Source of the DNA: Bacteroidota bacterium
GTDB lineage: Bacteria > Bacteroidota > Bacteroidia > Flavobacteriales > Flavobacteriaceae
NCBI GenBank assembly: GCA_031413015.1
Contig: JANOEE010000016.1
Span: 72,070 to 136,069, forward strand
Direction of reading: 5' to 3'
DNA: 64,000 nucleotides
Below the pieces are notes generated by a model. The model saw only the letters and a list, made by a program, of their open reading frames with translations. It searched no databases and was not told the DNA's origin. Positions 59,389-64,000 of this stretch are shown here, in pieces (position 1 is the stretch's first letter; every line of letters starts with the position of its first letter). The translations under genes were made by a program, and so were the position numbers.

Positions 59389-60735
59389 TTAAGCGACTGC
59401 TTTTCTATTTTTTCCACTTTTCATTAAACCGTCATAATGCTTGTTCAACAAGTATGAATTGATTTGCTGAATTGTATCAATTGCCACACCAACCATGATG
59501 ATTAATGATGTTCCACCAAAAAACATAGCCCATGCTTGTTGTACTCCTAATAAATTTACTACAACAGCTGGAAATACAGCTATTAGAGCAAGAAATAAAG
59601 ATCCTGGGAAAGTTATCAATGACATGATTTTATCTAGATAATCCGAAGTTTCAGCACCAGGTCTTACACCTGGTATAAAACCACCACTTCTTTTTAAATC
59701 ATCTGCCATCTTATTTGTAGGAACTGTAATTGCAGTATAAAAGTAAGTAAATACTATAATTAGGAAAGCAAATACAAGGTTGTACCAAACTCCAAAGATG
59801 TTACTAAATGCACCAGCAATAGATTGTGAAGCTTCTGATTGTGACAAACCTGCTACTGCAGCGGGAATGAACATGATTGCTTGAGCAAAAATGATTGGCA
59901 TAACGCCAGAAGCATTCAACTTTAATGGAATCCATTGTCTGTTTGCAGCCATCATATCTTGTTCAAACTCTCCAGAAACTGTTCTTCTTGCATATTGAAC
60001 CGGAATTCTTCTCACCGCCATTACTAATAGTACACATGAAATGATTACTAATAACCATATTATGATCTCTATCACTAATAACATAGGTCCACCATTATTA
60101 TTTGTAACGGTAGCTGCGAATTCTTGAATAAATGCTTGAGGAAATCTAGCTAGAATACCTACCATAATTAACAGTGAAATACCGTTTCCAATTCCTTTGT
60201 CAGTAATTTTTTCTCCTAACCACATGGCAAATATTGTACCTGTAACTAGAATTATAACTGATGAGAATAAAAATTCAAACGAGTTGAAACCTAATAAAAA
60301 CGCACCGTTAGGTAATGTTTGGTATAAATTGTAGATATAACCTGGTCCTTGAACTAATGTTATCGCAATTGTTAACCAACGTGTAATTTGGTTGATTTTC
60401 TTTCTTCCACTTTCTCCATCACTTTGTAACTTCTGAAGATAAGGAACCGCAATTCCCATTAACTGAACTACAATAGATGCAGAAATGTAAGGCATAATCC
60501 CTAGAGCAAAAATAGAAGCTTTAGAAAAAGCACCTCCTGTGAACATGTCTAGAATTGAACCAATACCATTTTTGGTTTGACCAGCTAAACTAGTTAATTG
60601 AGTAGCATCAATACCTGGTAGCGTTACTTGAGCTCCAAAACGATAAACCAAAAGCAGACCTAATGTGATTAGGATTCTGTTTTTCAGTTCTTCGATTTTC
60701 CAAACATTGGCTAATGATTCAAAAAATTTCTTCAT
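59389..60735 (-). CDS. secY: Preprotein translocase subunit SecY
   Basis: 448 aa, 10 transmembrane segments. It follows rplO in the spc cluster. Confidence 0.97.
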   Translation of the reverse strand: MKKFFESLANVWKIEELKNRILITLGLLLVYRFGAQVTLPGIDATQLTSLAGQTKNGIGSILDMFTGGAFSKASIFALGIMPYISASIVVQLMGIAVPYLQKLQSDGESGRKKINQITRWLTIAITLVQGPGYIYNLYQTLPNGAFLLGFNSFEFLFSSVIILVTGTIFAMWLGEKITDKGIGNGISLLIMVGILARFPQAFIQEFAATVTNNNGGPMLLVIEIIIWLLVIISCVLLVMAVRRIPVQYARRTVSGEFEQDMMAANRQWIPLKLNASGVMPIIFAQAIMFIPAAVAGLSQSEASQSIAGAFSNIFGVWYNLVFAFLIIVFTYFYTAITVPTNKMADDLKRSGGFIPGVRPGAETSDYLDKIMSLITFPGSLFLALIAVFPAVVVNLLGVQQAWAMFFGGTSLIIMVGVAIDTIQQINSYLLNKHYDGLMKSGKNRKAVA

Positions 60736-60748
60736 CTTACTAGAAAAA

Positions 60749-61201
60749 TTATATAATTACAGCTTCTCCACCAGCAGCTTCAATAGCAGCTTTTGCAGTA
60801 GCAGTAAATTTGTGAGCAGTTACCTTTAATTTTGCTTTCAATTCACCACGTCCTAAAATCTTAACGATTTCATTCTTTGTAGCCAAACGATTTGAAACAA
60901 AAACTGTCATATCAACAGTATCTGTAATCATTCCGTTATCCACTAATAATTGAAGTGTATCAAGGTTAACACCTTCGTAATTTTTACGGTTGATGTTTGT
61001 GAAACCAAACTTAGGCACACGTCTTTGAAGTGGCATTTGACCACCTTCAAAACCAATCTTTTTAGAATAACCAGAACGAGATTTTGCTCCTTTGTGACCT
61101 CTTGCAGAAGTACCACCTTTACCAGAACCTTCTCCTCTACCTAATCTTTTATTTTGATTGTGAGTAGCACCCTCAGCAGGTTGTAAGTTACTTAAATTCA
61201 T
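60749..61201 (-). CDS. rplO: 50S ribosomal protein L15
   Basis: [18 protein letters not shown] motif. Confidence 0.97.
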   Translation of the reverse strand: MNLSNLQPAEGATHNQNKRLGRGEGSGKGGTSARGHKGAKSRSGYSKKIGFEGGQMPLQRRVPKFGFTNINRKNYEGVNLDTLQLLVDNGMITDTVDMTVFVSNRLATKNEIVKILGRGELKAKLKVTAHKFTATAKAAIEAAGGEAVII

Positions 61202-61212
61202 AACAGTATTTG

Positions 61213-61395
61213 TTATTTAGCTTCTTCTACAGAAACTAAGTGTTTAACTTTGTTTATCATCCCAAGGATAGCAGGATTTGAATCATGCTCCACAACTTGT
61301 CCCATTTTACGTAGACCTAAAGCTTCCAAGCCTCTTTTTTGAGTAAGAGGGCAATTGATTTTGCTTCTAACTTGTTTTACTAATAATTTAGCCAT
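61213..61395 (-). CDS. rpmD: 50S ribosomal protein L30
   Basis: 60 aa. Sequence and position between rpsE and rplO. Confidence 0.95.
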   Translation of the reverse strand: MAKLLVKQVRSKINCPLTQKRGLEALGLRKMGQVVEHDSNPAILGMINKVKHLVSVEEAK

Positions 61396-61407
61396 AATTT
61401 CCTTGAA

Positions 61408-61935
61408 TTAACCTTTAAAAACTTTTTCTAAAGAAACGCCTCTTTGTTTTGCAACAGTGTAAGCACTTCTCATTTGCAATAAAGCATCAAAAGTTGCTTT
61501 TACTACGTTGTGAGGATTTGATGATCCTTGTGATTTTGACAATACATCATGAATTCCTACTGATTCAAGAACTGAACGAACAGCTCCACCAGCAATAACT
61601 CCTGTACCATGAGAGGCAGGAATTAAGAAAACACGTGCACCACCAAATTTACCTTTTTGTTCGTGTGGAACAGATTGACCATTCAAAGGAATTTTTACTA
61701 AATTTTTCTTAGCATCTTCTACTGCTTTCGCAATTGCTTCAGAAACATCTTTAGATTTTCCTAATCCATGACCTACTACTCCGTTCTCGTCTCCTACAAC
61801 TACAATAGCAGAAAAACCGAAAGCTCTACCACCTTTTGTAACTTTAGTAACACGATTAACACTTACCAGACGGTCTTTTAATTCAAGACCACTTGGTTTT
61901 ACTAGCTCTACATTCTTGTATTTACTATTAGACAT
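61408..61935 (-). CDS. rpsE: 30S ribosomal protein S5
   Basis: [16 protein letters not shown] motif. Confidence 0.97.
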   Translation of the reverse strand: MSNSKYKNVELVKPSGLELKDRLVSVNRVTKVTKGGRAFGFSAIVVVGDENGVVGHGLGKSKDVSEAIAKAVEDAKKNLVKIPLNGQSVPHEQKGKFGGARVFLIPASHGTGVIAGGAVRSVLESVGIHDVLSKSQGSSNPHNVVKATFDALLQMRSAYTVAKQRGVSLEKVFKG

Positions 61936-61941
61936 ACTATA

Positions 61942-62292
61942 TTAGAATTTAAGTCCAGCCGCTCTCGCGCCTTCTGCTAATGATTGAATACGACCGTGGT
62001 ATAAATAACCTCCTCTATCGAAAGTTACCGTTTCAACCCCAGCTTTTAACGCTTTTTCTGCTAATAGTTTTCCAACTGATCCAGCAACTTCTACGTTAGT
62101 ACCTTTACCTACTTCTTTTTCTCTTGAAGATGCAGACAATAAAGTTACCCCGTTCACATCATCAATTAGTTGTGCGTAGATTTCTTTATTGCTTCTGAAT
62201 ACAGAAAGTCTTGGTCTAGCAGCAGTACCGCTTACAATCTTTCTAATTCTGAACTTGATTCTCTGTCTTCTATCAGATTTTGTTAATGACAT
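61942..62292 (-). CDS. rplR: 50S ribosomal protein L18
   Basis: [14 protein letters not shown] and [11 protein letters not shown]. Confidence 0.97.
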   Translation of the reverse strand: MSLTKSDRRQRIKFRIRKIVSGTAARPRLSVFRSNKEIYAQLIDDVNGVTLLSASSREKEVGKGTNVEVAGSVGKLLAEKALKAGVETVTFDRGGYLYHGRIQSLAEGARAAGLKF

Positions 62293-62303
62293 AATCTTAT
62301 TTT

Positions 62304-62846
62304 TTAAGCTGATTTACCTGCTTTTCTTCTTAATACTTCACCTACGAATTTAACACCTTTTCCTTTGTAAGGCTCTGGTTTGCGGAAACCTCTGATTTTC
62401 GCAGCCACTTGGCCTAAAAGTTGTTTGTCAAATGATGTTAATTTCACAACTGGGTTTTTACCTTTTTCAGAAATAGTTTCAACAACAACTTCTGGAGCAA
62501 CCTCTAAAACAATATTGTGTGAATATCCTAAAGCCAAGTCCAATTTCTGACCTTGGTTTGAAGCTCTGTAACCAACACCTACTAATTCTAGTGATTTAGT
62601 AAAACCTTCTGATACACCTAAAATCATATTATTGATTAAAGATCTATACAAACCGTGTTTTGCTCTCTGGTCTTTATGATCAGATGATCTGTCTACTTGA
62701 ACTTGACCATCTTCAACTGTTACAGTTACGTCCGAAAACTCCTGAGTTAGTTGACCATTCTTTCCTTTTACTGTAATGATACCTTCTTTAACTTCCACAG
62801 TTACTCCAGCAGGGACTACAATTGGATTTTTACCTATTCTTGACAT
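62304..62846 (-). CDS. rplF: 50S ribosomal protein L6
   Basis: MSRIGKNPI start and the PEPYKGKG motif. Confidence 0.97.
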   Translation of the reverse strand: MSRIGKNPIVVPAGVTVEVKEGIITVKGKNGQLTQEFSDVTVTVEDGQVQVDRSSDHKDQRAKHGLYRSLINNMILGVSEGFTKSLELVGVGYRASNQGQKLDLALGYSHNIVLEVAPEVVVETISEKGKNPVVKLTSFDKQLLGQVAAKIRGFRKPEPYKGKGVKFVGEVLRRKAGKSA

Positions 62847-62863
62847 CTTCTAAGTCTTTATTA

Positions 62864-63262
62864 TTAGTATACGTAACAAATTACTTCGCCACCAACATTA
62901 AGCTGTTTTGCTTGTTTTCCTGTCATCAACCCTTTTGAAGTTGAAACAATAGCAATACCCAATCCGTTAAGGATTCTTGGTAGGTTAGAAGAACCTGCGT
63001 ACTTACGTAGACCTGGTTTACTAATTCTTTGGATATCTTTGATTACTGACTCTTTAGTATCTTTATCATACTTCAAAGCGATTTTGATTGAACCCTGAAC
63101 AGCGTTGTCCTCAAATTTGTAACTCAAGATATAACCTTGATCAAATAAGATCTTAGTGATTTCTTTTTTTAGATTAGATGCAGGAATTTCTACAACTTTG
63201 TGGTTTGCAGCCACAGCGTTACGAACTCTTGTTAAATAATCCGCAATTGGATCTGTATACAT
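62864..63262 (-). CDS. rpsH: 30S ribosomal protein S8
   Basis: [13 protein letters not shown] start and the GGEVICYVY ending. Confidence 0.97.
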   Translation of the reverse strand: MYTDPIADYLTRVRNAVAANHKVVEIPASNLKKEITKILFDQGYILSYKFEDNAVQGSIKIALKYDKDTKESVIKDIQRISKPGLRKYAGSSNLPRILNGLGIAIVSTSKGLMTGKQAKQLNVGGEVICYVY

Positions 63263-63335
63263 GTGTATTAATTAGCGGCTATGGTTTTCAAATAATACTC
63301 ATTAAATGAACCTTTAACCAATTTATAAATGTTTT

Positions 63336-63605
63336 TTACCAGCTGGCTTTCTTAACCCCAGGTATCAATCCGTTATTTGCCATTTCACGAAATGTAACAC
63401 GTGAAAGACCAAATTGACGCATATATCCTCTGGGTCTGCCAGTTAATTTACAACGGTTGTGCAAACGAACAGGTGAAGCGTTTTTCGGTAATTTTTGCAA
63501 ACCTACGAAATCTCCAGCTTCTAACAAAGCCTTTCTTTTCTCAGCATATTTAGCTACCGTTTTTTCTCTCTTCACCTCACGGGCTTTCATTGATTCTTTA
63601 GCCAT
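63336..63605 (-). CDS. rpsN: 30S ribosomal protein S14 (long form)
   Basis: 89 aa, ending [11 protein letters not shown]. Confidence 0.95.
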   Translation of the reverse strand: MAKESMKAREVKREKTVAKYAEKRKALLEAGDFVGLQKLPKNASPVRLHNRCKLTGRPRGYMRQFGLSRVTFREMANNGLIPGVKKASW

Positions 63606-63608
63606 GTC

Positions 63609-64000
63609 TTAATTCTTTTTAAAAGGTAATCCTAGTTCGGTCAATAATGACTTTGCTTCCTTATCTGTTTTTGCAGTAGTAACAAAAGTAATGTCCATTC
63701 CAGAAATTTTATTTACTTTATCAATATCGATTTCAGGAAAAATGATTTGTTCTAAAACACCTAAGTTATAGTTTCCTCTTCCGTCAAAACCAGTAGCTTT
63801 GATTCCGCTAAAGTCTCTAACACGTGGCAAAGATGATGTAATGAATCTGTCTAAAAACTCATACATCTTTTCTCCACGCAAAGTTACTTTTGCTCCAATA
63901 GGCATTCCTTTTCTCAATTTGAATGACGCAACGTCTTTCTTTGATATAGTAGAAATAGCTTTTTGTCCAGTGATCTTTGTTAACTCTTCAACTGCATAGT
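63609..64000 (-). CDS. rplE: 50S ribosomal protein L5 (5' end lies beyond the window edge)
   Basis: The C-terminal portion matches L5 ([17 protein letters not shown]). The frame stays open to the window edge, so the gene is partial. Confidence 0.9.
   Translation of the reverse strand, partial: YAVEELTKITGQKAISTISKKDVASFKLRKGMPIGAKVTLRGEKMYEFLDRFITSSLPRVRDFSGIKATGFDGRGNYNLGVLEQIIFPEIDIDKVNKISGMDITFVTTAKTDKEAKSLLTELGLPFKKN

Overview
This is a low-GC chromosomal segment that looks Flavobacteriaceae-like (Bacteroidota). The signs are type IX secretion (T9SS) type-B C-terminal sorting domains, PorP/SprF genes, Bacteroidota-style TAnnTTTG promoter boxes, and a Cys-poor L36. Almost everything is coding, and most of it lies on the minus strand.

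Gene content from left to right:
- HtrA protease, a long-form GAPDH, an APC amino-acid permease and aconitase.
- A four-gene envelope-chaperone/MoxR operon.
- T9SS cassette 1: a 1754-aa adhesin, PorP/SprF, and a TPR/PD40/OmpA protein.
- prfC.
- T9SS cassette 2: a 956-aa adhesin and PorP/SprF.
- A Wza/Wzc polysaccharide locus interrupted by a decayed IS982-family element.
- recR, a sodium:solute symporter, and small housekeeping genes.
- An Rrf2-cysH-cysD-cysN sulfate assimilation operon.
- Two tandem enzymes of the guanidino-group-modifying (GME) superfamily.
- gltA, eno and carA.
- The alpha/spc ribosomal protein clusters, from rplQ to a partial rplE. This includes rpmJ, which is missing from the ORF track.

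I recognised no rRNA, tRNA, CRISPR array, prophage or known defence system. I did not find convincing evidence for a wholly new multi-gene system.

The best leads are:
1. The polysaccharide locus has export, sugar-precursor and initiating-transferase genes but no glycosyltransferase, Wzx or Wzy genes. An IS982 scar sits exactly where those genes would be expected.
2. The cargo/PorP/OmpA T9SS module has a third gene of unknown role.
3. The large adhesin carries mosaic, near-identical 348-bp tandem repeats.
4. The two adhesin genes share a motif at the same distance upstream of the start codon, and one of them also has a 21-bp palindrome there.
5. A 670-bp AT-rich spacer holds an orphan small ORF followed by a terminator.

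All homology calls come from reading the translated ORFs. No database search was run.
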